NCBI GenBank assembly: GCA_035516255.1
Contig: DATJAL010000027.1
Location: 65,312-129,311, forward strand
Length of the DNA stretch: 64,000 bases
DNA from: Chitinivibrionales bacterium
GTDB taxonomy: Bacteria; Fibrobacterota; Chitinivibrionia; Chitinivibrionales; FEN-1185
Direction of reading: 5' to 3'
The translations under genes and the position numbers were made by a program. Within the stretch, counting starts at the first letter, position 1. The number at the start of each line of letters is the position of its first letter. The notes below the pieces were generated by a model. It did not search any database and was not told the origin of the DNA. It saw only the letters and a program-made list of their open reading frames with translations. Positions 55,928-64,000 of this stretch are shown here, one piece after another.

Positions 55928-57283
55928 TTAAAAATTAAATTGCGCCCTAAGCGTAAACTGCCAGTCGCCCTGGCTCGGGCATTCCTCCCTGGTGTCGCGG
56001 TAGAACTGCAGGTTTCCTGTTGTAAAGTAATGCGTCCGGCCGACGTCGCCCATCACCTGCAGGCCCGGAACAATGGTCCGGGAGAAGAAAATGTCCCAGT
56101 ACCAGGCGTAATGCGCCGGCTCTCCCAGAGCCAAAAGCGGCAGGGGGCTGCGCGGCGTATCGAAATACGTGTGCTTGTAGTTGTTGGAATATCTGCTGTC
56201 GTACCATTCGACTTCGGCGGAGAGAACATCGAGCAATCTGAACGCCGGGACATTGAACCCCACCATGACCGGAATGCGCCTGAGGATGCTGTCGTAGGCA
56301 ATGGGATAGTCCTTTGTTCCCAGGATGCAGGCCTCCGCGTATAATTTTAGGTCCTGGTCGCCGAAGATTTTCGGGCCGCCGAAGAGCTGCTTGGGATCGA
56401 ACGATAACCGCGCCATCACCTTGGTGGCGGCGAAGGAGCAATAGGTGGTGTCGGACACGATCGTGGTCTCGGCGGGCGCGGGATACAGCGTGTCGTAGGA
56501 AACGAGCTGGTTTGCCGGATAATGCGACGTGGTGAGCGCCGGGTTCATGGGGATAAGCCGCGTGAAGCTCACGCCGGCGCCCACCTCGACCAACGGACGG
56601 CCTTCGCCGCCGCCCATGGCGTAGCTCGCCACGAGCGAGGGCGTGAGGTCGCCCACCGGATACTGTGTCTCGCTTGTAAACAAGCCGTCGATTGTCAGGC
56701 CCTTGAGGGGCCTGTATTCCAGGCACAGCCCGGCCATGCGCGCATACACCGACGCGAAGCTGTTGATGATGTAGCCCGGATACGCCGTTGCCCTGAACAG
56801 GTATTCGCCCAGGCTCTTGACATCATGGTTATAGGTATATTTGAAATATCCCAGGGTGATTTTCAGGAACGGATCGTCTGTAGTGCCGAACAGGTACGTT
56901 CCCTTCATCTCGTCGGCGTAAAACCGGTAGAACATGTTGTAGGAGTCGAGGTCCTGCGCGTACAGCGTGATCGTGGCGGGGTCGATAACGGCCTGCGCCA
57001 GCTCGCATTCGGTGCCCACCACGATTTGCAGCCGCTTGTTGACCGTTGCGCAAACGTCCACGCCGCCGTATAAAAAGTTCTGCCATTGATGGTCGAGCCG
57101 GTCAAAGCTGATGCCGTACATGCCCTTCACGATTTCGCCGGCCTGGTACGCGGTGTAGCCGGAATAATTGAACGTCACGTCGGGCTTGTCGGCATTGCAG
57201 GGAATGCCGATGAATAGCATGATGGCGATGGCAATCGCGGCGATGGGCATTTTTTTGCGGGGGACCTTTTTATTTATCATCAT
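55928..57283 (-). CDS. Putative outer-membrane beta-barrel protein
   Basis: 451 aa with signal MPIAAIAIAIMLFIGIPCNA. Aromatic-rich alternating pattern, ending ...FTLRAQFNF (C-terminal Phe typical of OMPs). Embedded in the glycosidase cluster. Confidence 0.65.
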   Translation of the reverse strand: MMINKKVPRKKMPIAAIAIAIMLFIGIPCNADKPDVTFNYSGYTAYQAGEIVKGMYGISFDRLDHQWQNFLYGGVDVCATVNKRLQIVVGTECELAQAVIDPATITLYAQDLDSYNMFYRFYADEMKGTYLFGTTDDPFLKITLGYFKYTYNHDVKSLGEYLFRATAYPGYIINSFASVYARMAGLCLEYRPLKGLTIDGLFTSETQYPVGDLTPSLVASYAMGGGEGRPLVEVGAGVSFTRLIPMNPALTTSHYPANQLVSYDTLYPAPAETTIVSDTTYCSFAATKVMARLSFDPKQLFGGPKIFGDQDLKLYAEACILGTKDYPIAYDSILRRIPVMVGFNVPAFRLLDVLSAEVEWYDSRYSNNYKHTYFDTPRSPLPLLALGEPAHYAWYWDIFFSRTIVPGLQVMGDVGRTHYFTTGNLQFYRDTREECPSQGDWQFTLRAQFNF

Positions 57284-57309
57284 TTGCGGAATATCCTTTT
57301 TATCAAATC

Positions 57310-59076
57310 TTATTTAAGCAGAACCTTCTGCATGCCGCCGATTGCTCCGGAATTCCACTTGATGATATAAGCGCCCGGTTTCAAGATTTGTCTTGCTATG
57401 ACAATGCTGCCATTTCCCGATGTAAATTCGCCCGCGCACCTTCCGTCAAGCAAGAATATCGCCGCCTTCACATTTTTACATGAGCCGAAAGTCAAACTTG
57501 TTGACCGAGCGGAACTCGCGGTTATCTTCATCCCGCCGTTTCCCGCAGAACTTAAACCGCACAATGGACTTGCCACCGCAACCGGCGTATTCGACATGTT
57601 CATCACGATGGTATGTTTTCCCGCGAGGCCGCCGGAGAAGAACGGCTCATGGGGCGCGCCGTCGAGCGTGAACGATGCCAGGTATTTTCCCGGTCCCGTG
57701 ACTGTCATATTGAGCGTGTCCTTCCGGTAAATGAAGTTGTCCAGGGTCATCGCGTTCTTGAACGTGTCGGGCACCATGGGGTCGAACCGGATGCCGTCAA
57801 CGTCGAAATTCATGCCGAACAGCCCGTGGAACACCATGGAGATGTATCCCGACGCGCTCCAGAGCTGGCGATGGCCGCCGTCGGGCGTGCCCTGCTCGGG
57901 GCGGTAGAATTCCAGGAACTCCCCGCCCTGCGTGTGGGCCCAGAGCTGCGCCAGCTTGTCGATGCAGTTTGTGAAGGCTGCCATGTTTTTGATCTTCGTC
58001 GCGGCCCAGGCGATGTAGCCCTGCACGAACGGCCACACCATTCCCGTATGGTAATAGTCGGCGTCCTGGGCCGTGGGGCACCCCTTGGCGTAGCACATCC
58101 AGTTGGTGTCCTGCGGATACTGGCAGCGGTAACCCCATGCGCAGGGAACGGTGTTGCTCAGGATGCTCTCCTTCATTGACGAATCGGCGATGTCGTAGAG
58201 GATCGCGAACGCGTCGGCGAGGCCTTCGTTCCTGTCGAGAAACGTCTTGCCGTCCTGGTACTTGATGTAATAGTAGTATCCCTTGGCCGGGTTCCATAAT
58301 TGTTTGTTGATCGCGTTCTTGATCGTCAATGCCCTTGCGCTGAGGGAATCGAGCGTGGCCTGTGGCTTTCCGAGCAGCTTTGCCATGGAATCGGCCACGA
58401 CCCAGGCATGGTAATACAGCATGTTCGTGCTGCCGCACTTGGTGTTGCCCACCGCGGGCTTGGTGAGGTCGGAATAGTTCTGGTTGCCCGCGAACGGCGG
58501 CGGATACGCGCTGTTCGATTCCATGAACGACGAGCAGCCGCGGTACAGGCTGTCTGTCTTGTCAAGCACCACCCACCCGCCGGCGCCGGGTGTCTCCGCC
58601 ATGGCAAGCGAGTTGCGCACGATGGGATACGCCCACGAGAGGAAGCTTTGGTCGCCGGTCTCCCGGTAATAGGCCCAGGCGCCGGTCGCCCACACGATGC
58701 CGTCGGTGAGGTTCGGCCACCCTCCGAAGTGTCCGCATACGTCCTGGCGCTGCACGGTGAGGCCGTTCCACTGCGCCGTGTTGTAGTTGAAGGTGTTCTT
58801 CGACGTCACCGGATCGAGGTGCCCGCACGCCATCTCGATGGAATAGGAGCCGTCGCGCTCCCAGACCTCCGCCCAGAACGCGCCCGCGTTGAACACGGTG
58901 CTGCCGTCGGCCGATTGCACCGTGTTGGTGTCGATGTTCGCCTTGGCGTTCTTGAACGGGTTGTCGTACTTGGAAATGCCTGAAGTAAAGACGAAATTTT
59001 CCGCACCGGCCGGAAGAGAAAGACTTATTGACAGTATCATTGCGACGGTTGACGAAGAAAAAGTTAAGAATTTCAT
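57310..59076 (-). CDS. (alpha/alpha)6-barrel glycoside hydrolase (GDE_C/GH63-like) with T9SS CTD
   Basis: 588 aa with AAGGAAG upstream and a signal peptide. HTGMVWPFVQGYIAWAATK resembles the amylo-alpha-1,6-glucosidase/GH63-like motif. The C-terminus GAYIIKWNSGAIGGMQKVLLK is a T9SS CTD. Confidence 0.7.
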   Translation of the reverse strand: MKFLTFSSSTVAMILSISLSLPAGAENFVFTSGISKYDNPFKNAKANIDTNTVQSADGSTVFNAGAFWAEVWERDGSYSIEMACGHLDPVTSKNTFNYNTAQWNGLTVQRQDVCGHFGGWPNLTDGIVWATGAWAYYRETGDQSFLSWAYPIVRNSLAMAETPGAGGWVVLDKTDSLYRGCSSFMESNSAYPPPFAGNQNYSDLTKPAVGNTKCGSTNMLYYHAWVVADSMAKLLGKPQATLDSLSARALTIKNAINKQLWNPAKGYYYYIKYQDGKTFLDRNEGLADAFAILYDIADSSMKESILSNTVPCAWGYRCQYPQDTNWMCYAKGCPTAQDADYYHTGMVWPFVQGYIAWAATKIKNMAAFTNCIDKLAQLWAHTQGGEFLEFYRPEQGTPDGGHRQLWSASGYISMVFHGLFGMNFDVDGIRFDPMVPDTFKNAMTLDNFIYRKDTLNMTVTGPGKYLASFTLDGAPHEPFFSGGLAGKHTIVMNMSNTPVAVASPLCGLSSAGNGGMKITASSARSTSLTFGSCKNVKAAIFLLDGRCAGEFTSGNGSIVIARQILKPGAYIIKWNSGAIGGMQKVLLK

Positions 59077-59141
59077 GACAACTTCCTTTTTTATATTTTA
59101 TTCTTCTCTGTGTCCTCTGTGTCTCTGTGGCTATTCTTCCC

Positions 59142-60527
59142 CTACTTCTTCCACAGCGCTTCCATTGCTTCGAGGGTCTTGCCCTTCGTCTCCGGCACCA
59201 GCTTCCAGATGAACAGCACGGAGAGCACGCACATGCTGCCGTAGATCCAGAACGGGAACCCGCCGTGGAACTTGTCCGACAGAAACACATTGCCGAGCAG
59301 GATGGGAAACGTCCACGACACCGCGAGGTTGGAGATCCACTGCGCGGCCACGGCTATTGACATGACGGAATCACGTATCTTGTTGGGGAATATCTCCGAG
59401 AGCAGCACCCAGGTGACCGGCCCGGCGGCCAGCGCGAAGCAGGCGATGTATAAGAGCATCATCATGAGCATGGCGAGCCCGGCCTGGTTGAGGAACGCGG
59501 TCACGCCCACGCCCGTGATGCCGACGCACATGCCCGAATACCCGATCAGCATGAGCGCCTTGCGTCCCAGTTTGTCAACAGAGAGGATGGCGATCACCGT
59601 GAACAGAAGGTTCACCGCGCCCACGATGATGGTCTGCAGCAGCGAGGCATTGGTGGTGCTTCCCATCTTCTTGAAAATCTCGGGCGCGTAATACAGGATC
59701 ACGTTGATGCCCGTGATCTGCTGGAACACCGAGAGCATGATGCCGATCAATACCAGCAGCGTGCCGAACGAGAATATTTTTCCCCGTTCCTGCAGAAGCG
59801 ACTTTCTGATCTCGTCCGCCTCCGCCGCCGCGTGGCCTTGGCCCCCCACCTTCGCAAGCACGCCGAACGCCTCGTCGTTTCTCGCCTTCATCATGAGCCA
59901 GCGCGGGCTTTCGGGGATGAAAAACAGCGCCACGAGGAACAGAAACGACGGGATCGCGCCGGAGGCGAACATCCAGCGCCAGCCCGTGGTGTTGAGCCAG
60001 GATTCGTTTCCCTGCAGCGCGATGCCCCAATTGACAAAATAGACCACCAGCATGCCGAAGATGATGGCGAACTGGTTCCACGAGACGAGCCTGCCGCGGA
60101 TGGCGGCGGGCGCGATCTCGGCGATGTACATGGGCGACAGCATGGACGCCATGCCCACGCCGATGCCGCCCACGATGCGGAACAGTACGAACACGATGAG
60201 CTGGTTGGGCAGCGCGGTGCCGATGGCGCCGGAAAGGAACAAAAGTGCGGCCGCGATCATGGCTCTTTTTCTTCCGAGCCGGTTGCTTGCCAGCCCGGCA
60301 ATCGCGCCGCCGATGATGCAGCCGAGCAGCGCGCTTGACGTTGCCCAGCCCAGCAGCGAATTGCCCGCGTCAACGCCCAGGTGCCGCGAGTCGATGAAAT
60401 ACGCCTTGAGCGATCCCACCGCGCCCGATATCACGGCCGTGTCGTATCCGAACAACAGCCCGCCCAGCGTCGCCACCAACGTGAGGGCGAGAACGTAGGC
60501 CTTGCTGCCGTTTTCCTTCTGAGCCAT
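59142..60527 (-). CDS. MFS sugar porter (sugar:H+ symporter, XylE/GalP-like)
   Basis: 461 aa with AAGGAG upstream. LFGYDTAVISGA, GRKRAMIAAALLF, PESPRWL, VDKLGRKALM, PETKGKTLEAME. Confidence 0.92.
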   Translation of the reverse strand: MAQKENGSKAYVLALTLVATLGGLLFGYDTAVISGAVGSLKAYFIDSRHLGVDAGNSLLGWATSSALLGCIIGGAIAGLASNRLGRKRAMIAAALLFLSGAIGTALPNQLIVFVLFRIVGGIGVGMASMLSPMYIAEIAPAAIRGRLVSWNQFAIIFGMLVVYFVNWGIALQGNESWLNTTGWRWMFASGAIPSFLFLVALFFIPESPRWLMMKARNDEAFGVLAKVGGQGHAAAEADEIRKSLLQERGKIFSFGTLLVLIGIMLSVFQQITGINVILYYAPEIFKKMGSTTNASLLQTIIVGAVNLLFTVIAILSVDKLGRKALMLIGYSGMCVGITGVGVTAFLNQAGLAMLMMMLLYIACFALAAGPVTWVLLSEIFPNKIRDSVMSIAVAAQWISNLAVSWTFPILLGNVFLSDKFHGGFPFWIYGSMCVLSVLFIWKLVPETKGKTLEAMEALWKK

Positions 60528-60682
60528 TTATTCTCCTTTTGCGCGCGGACTCTCCGCCTTGGCATTGCAGTTTTTTGTCATGCCCGACACCGGTCGGGCA
60601 CCCACTCTTTAGAGCAACTTGAAATGGATTCCCGCTTCCGCAGGAATGACAATCAATTCATCTTCCTTCAACGCTACAAGCA

Positions 60683-61819
60683 TCAGTTATACATTTTCTT
60701 GAACTCCGCGCACGCGTCCATCACCGCCTCGCGCATCATGTCTTCCGCTTTTGCCGTTTCCCTTTTCGCAAGGAACCCCAACAACTTTTTTGTCTCGAGT
60801 TTCGCGGCGGCTTTTTCGCACGCGTCCCACGAAAGGATGCTGCGCACCACCCGGTCGATGCCCTGGCGCTCGCTGTCGTACGGCCGCACCTGCATGTCGT
60901 GGCCCTTCCACCGCTTATAGCCCGATTCGGCGAGAAGGCCGGCGATGGCGATGTTCATGCCGTTGATCTTCACGCCGTGGTCGATGTCGAATTTGCCGGC
61001 CCCCCCTAGGATGATGCCGTCATCGCAGCCCTGGCTGTTCATGTGCATGTGGAGCAATGCGTTGTTGTCAAGCTCTTCCACCGTGTCGTACACATGGTCA
61101 AGCCCTATCATCTCCGAATGCCCGAATTCCTTGTTGATGCCCTTTTTGTCGCGCTTGATCCCGAACTCCTGTTCGAGATTGTACCAGAGCAGAAGCGCGC
61201 TTGCGACCGTGGGAAGCATCAGCGCCGGATGGCCTTCGTTGGGTTTCGGCTCGATGGCGATGTACAGTTTTCCGCCCTGCGATGCCTCGTGCCGGCACAA
61301 CGCCGCGATGCTTTCCTTAAGGTTCGCGTACATTTTTTTTAGTCCGACGGTCGCGATGTCGTAGCCGTACGACCCGTTCCACAGCACGAACGCGGGCGCA
61401 AGCCCCGCCTCCGGGTGCCACGCCCTGGCAAGCGGCCCGTAGGTGAGGTCGACGGCCTTTTTGCCCATGTCCTGCGCCGCCGACCTTTCCTTTCCGTCAA
61501 GCGACGCGATGCCGCCGTAGGCAAAGTGGCTGTGCGCGCCGGGCGTCATCATCGCTAGATACATGCCGTTTTCCCGCAGCGCGTCCGCCACGGCCGCCGC
61601 GTTTTTTTCGTCGACCTCGGTGTCGTAATGCACTTCGTAGCCGAGTTGGATGTGCGGCGGCAGGCGCGGCGCGATTTCCTTTTTTATCAACCCGATGAGG
61701 TTCACGGTGTCGAGCTTTCCCGCTCCCCACTGCTTGCGGATGTCGGAGGGAACGAATCCTCCCTTGCCCGCGTGAAATGTCCACCTGCACACACTGTGAA
61801 ACGATTTTGGTTCTGCCAT
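60683..61819 (-). CDS. Xylose-isomerase-family (class I XylA-like) sugar isomerase, divergent
   Basis: 378 aa. IAIEPKPNEGHPALMLPTV aligns with the XylA FAIEPKPNEPRGDILLPTV. INKEFGHSEMIGL aligns with VNPEVGHEQMAGL, and KFDIDHG with YDQDLRFG. The LFHIDLN position reads LLHMHMN. Confidence 0.8.
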   Translation of the reverse strand: MAEPKSFHSVCRWTFHAGKGGFVPSDIRKQWGAGKLDTVNLIGLIKKEIAPRLPPHIQLGYEVHYDTEVDEKNAAAVADALRENGMYLAMMTPGAHSHFAYGGIASLDGKERSAAQDMGKKAVDLTYGPLARAWHPEAGLAPAFVLWNGSYGYDIATVGLKKMYANLKESIAALCRHEASQGGKLYIAIEPKPNEGHPALMLPTVASALLLWYNLEQEFGIKRDKKGINKEFGHSEMIGLDHVYDTVEELDNNALLHMHMNSQGCDDGIILGGAGKFDIDHGVKINGMNIAIAGLLAESGYKRWKGHDMQVRPYDSERQGIDRVVRSILSWDACEKAAAKLETKKLLGFLAKRETAKAEDMMREAVMDACAEFKKMYN

Positions 61820-61854
61820 ACAACGATGCCCTTCTAAGCTTAAGATGAAAACAC

Positions 61855-63399
61855 TTAACCGACCTGTTTTATCGCTTCCCGCTTTTCCGAATGCGGCCTT
61901 ATTTTGTCAAGCCTGTCGGCCCATTGCCGGTACCAGCCGGCGTATACCGCGACAAGTTCTTTATCCGGCGGAATCGTGCGCACGACCGACAACCCCTTAA
62001 AGGCGTCCTTTACCGAAGGGAATATACCGGCGCCTATTCCCGCGCCCCGCGCGGATCCCTGGGCGCCGTCGGTGTTGTACAGCTCCACGGTCGCGTTGCA
62101 GGCCGCAGCGAACACCTGGCCAAAAAGCTCGCTTTTAAACATGTTGGCGTGCCCGGCGCGCACCGTTTTCACCAGGATGCCGGACTTGCGCATGATGTCA
62201 AGGCCGTATTTCAGGGCGAACACGATGCCCTCCTGCGACGCGCGCAGCAGGTGCCTGCGCGCGTGCACGGAAAAATCCAGGCCGTGGATGGAGGCGGACA
62301 CGTTCCGGTTTCCCAGGGTCCGTTCGGCGCCGTTGCCGTACGGGAACACCATGAGCCCCTCGCACGCGGGCGGCGCTTTCCACGCCTCGGCATTCATCTG
62401 CTCGTAGGTCAGGCTCTCGCCGCCAACGGTGCACAGGTTCCGCCGCAGCCACCGGTTCAATACGCCCGTGCCGTTGACGCACAGGAGAACGCCGTAGCGC
62501 GGAGAGCCCGGCGTGTAATTGACATGCGCAAAAGTGTTGAGGCGCGACGCGGGGTCAACGACCGGCGCATCGCTGACGCCGTACACCACGCCCGAGGTTC
62601 CCGCGGTTGCCGCGATTTCCCCGGGCTCAAGTACCGCGAGCGACAGCGCGTTGTTGGGCTGGTCGCCCGCGCGGTAGGAAACCGGAACCCCTGGTTCGAT
62701 CCCGAGCTCCTGCGCAACCATTGCCGTTACGCCGCCCTGCGCCGAAAAGCACGGAACGATTTTGGGCACCAGGTCGTAGCTGAAATCGAAATGGTCAAAG
62801 AGGAAATCCGCGAGCCGGTGGTACGTGAAGTCCCACATGATGCCCTCGGAAAGCCCGCCCGGCGTCGTGAAGATGTCGCCGGTGAGTTTCATGGCGATGT
62901 AGTCGCCCGGCAGCATGATCTTGTGGATTTTCTTGTAGACGTCGGGGAGATGTTCCTTTACCCATGCGAGTTTGGAGGCCGTGAAATTTCCCGGCGGATT
63001 GAGGAGCCGCGACAGGCATTGGGCGCCGCCGATGGCGGCGCATGCGCGCTCGCCCGTCTCGACCGCCCTGCTGTCGCACCAGATGATCGCGTTGGCGAGC
63101 GGTTTTTCGTTTTTGTCAACCATAACCAGCCCGTGCATCTGGTACGCTATGCCGATGGCGCGGACCGCTTTCATATCGATTTGGGGATTCCGCCTGAGCG
63201 CGGCAATGGCGAGCCTTACGTGGCTCCACCAGGTTTCCGGATGCTGTTCCGCCCAGCCCGGTTTCGGGGAAATGATTTCCATTTCTGATTCCGGGCTCGT
63301 TGCCGAGGCGACGACCTTCTGGTTTTCAATATCGAGCAGCGACGCCTTTATCGACGAACTGCCGATGTCCAGGCCGAGGAGGTATCCGGTGTCGTTCAT
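61855..63399 (-). CDS. FGGY-family carbohydrate kinase (xylulokinase-like)
   Basis: 514 aa. LLGLDIGSSSIKASLLD, GWAEQHPETWW, GDQPNNALSL, GNGAERTLGN. The + ORF 61891..63288 is its shadow. Confidence 0.9.
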   Translation of the reverse strand: MNDTGYLLGLDIGSSSIKASLLDIENQKVVASATSPESEMEIISPKPGWAEQHPETWWSHVRLAIAALRRNPQIDMKAVRAIGIAYQMHGLVMVDKNEKPLANAIIWCDSRAVETGERACAAIGGAQCLSRLLNPPGNFTASKLAWVKEHLPDVYKKIHKIMLPGDYIAMKLTGDIFTTPGGLSEGIMWDFTYHRLADFLFDHFDFSYDLVPKIVPCFSAQGGVTAMVAQELGIEPGVPVSYRAGDQPNNALSLAVLEPGEIAATAGTSGVVYGVSDAPVVDPASRLNTFAHVNYTPGSPRYGVLLCVNGTGVLNRWLRRNLCTVGGESLTYEQMNAEAWKAPPACEGLMVFPYGNGAERTLGNRNVSASIHGLDFSVHARRHLLRASQEGIVFALKYGLDIMRKSGILVKTVRAGHANMFKSELFGQVFAAACNATVELYNTDGAQGSARGAGIGAGIFPSVKDAFKGLSVVRTIPPDKELVAVYAGWYRQWADRLDKIRPHSEKREAIKQVG

Positions 63400-63609
63400 G
63401 AAAATATCACCCTGAACTTTTTTATCAACTCTTAAATTGTTCTTTTCAATGCTGATAATATGGAATCATCTGCCAAATAATTTAAAAGATGAGGCAGTAA
63501 AAAGCCTGATAGAATTAGTTACTTTGTTTATCTAATTGATATATCTTTAAATATCGTGATCCATTTCAGGCAGGAAGAGCAAAGGATCCTTTATATAATA
63601 TTTTTGCGT

Positions 63610-63830
63610 GGCAGCGCCCACGCGCTCGTGACAGTTTGATCGTCGCATGCATCCGGGGCCTTCAGCCCCCGGGCCCGTTTTGTTGGGGCGGTTCGCGAAC
63701 CGCCCCAACAAAACCTCGGGCCGCGGCAGCCCGAGCCGAAGGACGACGACCCTTGTGACCCTTGGAAATCCCTGACGAGGGAGAAGCACCCGAAGGGGTG
63801 GACCGTAAGAAGGGCCGCCGCGGAACGCCC
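63610..63830 (-). repeat. Core intergenic repeat element (reverse copy) with the 82-nt block and a divergent far end
   Basis: 63721-63802 is 81/82 identical to 22641-22722. Ends GGAACGCCC (63822-63830). The far half has a different hairpin, TTTTGTTGGGGCGGTTCGCGAACCGCCCCAACAAAA. Confidence 0.75.
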
Positions 63831-63873
63831 AAATTTATTTTTAAGAAAAACATCAAACTAGGGATTTCCTCCT

Positions 63874-64000
63874 ATGAAAAAAAGACCCGGCATCCAAAAA
63901 GCGGTCCATTATTTAACCCACGGCGTCGAGACCGGCGCCTTCAGGCAAAAACTCCCCACTATTAAATCGCTCGCAAAGGCCGCAGACGTCTCGTTCGTCA
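63874..64000 (+). CDS. GntR-type HTH transcriptional regulator, N-terminal 42 codons (runs off the window)
   Basis: Not in the track (no stop). MKKRPGIQKAVHYLTHGVETGAFRQKLPTIKSLAKAADVSFV resembles the GntR-family N-terminal wHTH (G.l..g.kLPs.r.LA...gVS). Divergent from the sugar operon. Confidence 0.45.
   Translation, partial: MKKRPGIQKAVHYLTHGVETGAFRQKLPTIKSLAKAADVSFV

Noticed and set aside
62694-62704. GGTTCGATCCC, a T-arm-like tRNA string
   Set aside because: It lies inside the FGGY kinase coding region. It has no acceptor, D or anticodon arm context. No tRNA was found in the window.
63662-63856. Minus-strand 64-aa ORF preceded by AGGAGG near 63862-63867
   Set aside because: The ORF runs straight through the repeat copy (63721-63830) and has no other support. 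The plus-strand GntR-like N-terminus starting at 63874 is the better explanation for this region, although it lacks an obvious RBS.

Overview
64 kb segment of a high-GC bacterial chromosome, roughly 60% GC by eye, with several lower-GC islands. Many secreted proteins end in T9SS-type C-terminal sorting domains, which suggests an FCB-superphylum organism (Fibrobacteres/Bacteroidetes-like); this is a guess. Contents in order: a truncated Type IIG restriction-modification gene missing from the ORF track; housekeeping genes (pfk, ahcY, thyX); a CsgG/LpoB-like lipoprotein coupled to a 1610-aa Ig-like/FN3/beta-propeller surface protein; an operon of a repeat lipoprotein, a radical SAM/SPASM enzyme and a hidden Tat-signal protein with 29 Cys in 13 CxC[Q/D/N/E] repeats, which is the best candidate for an undescribed system; a DUF1848 Fe-S protein; a GH9-like enzyme; an IS110-family insertion; a CHASE2 adenylate cyclase; DUF89, a CDP-alcohol phosphatidyltransferase, rpe and an S41 peptidase; an unknown secreted protein coupled to a PAS-PP2C phosphatase; a hybrid histidine kinase; a second lipoprotein plus giant-protein module (1490 aa, two FGE-sulfatase domains, seven FN3-like units, six Kelch repeats); a low-GC island with a C10-like peptidase; a minus-strand cluster of T9SS-tagged glycosidase-like proteins with an outer-membrane barrel; and a sugar transporter, XylA-like isomerase and FGGY kinase operon with a divergent GntR-like regulator. 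Most of the longer intergenic regions (about a dozen) carry copies of a mosaic, hairpin-rich repeat family with conserved termini. No rRNA, tRNA or CRISPR array was seen. Many long ORFs in the track are antisense shadow ORFs typical of high-GC DNA. The track also uses TTG/GTG starts, so several starts were re-placed.
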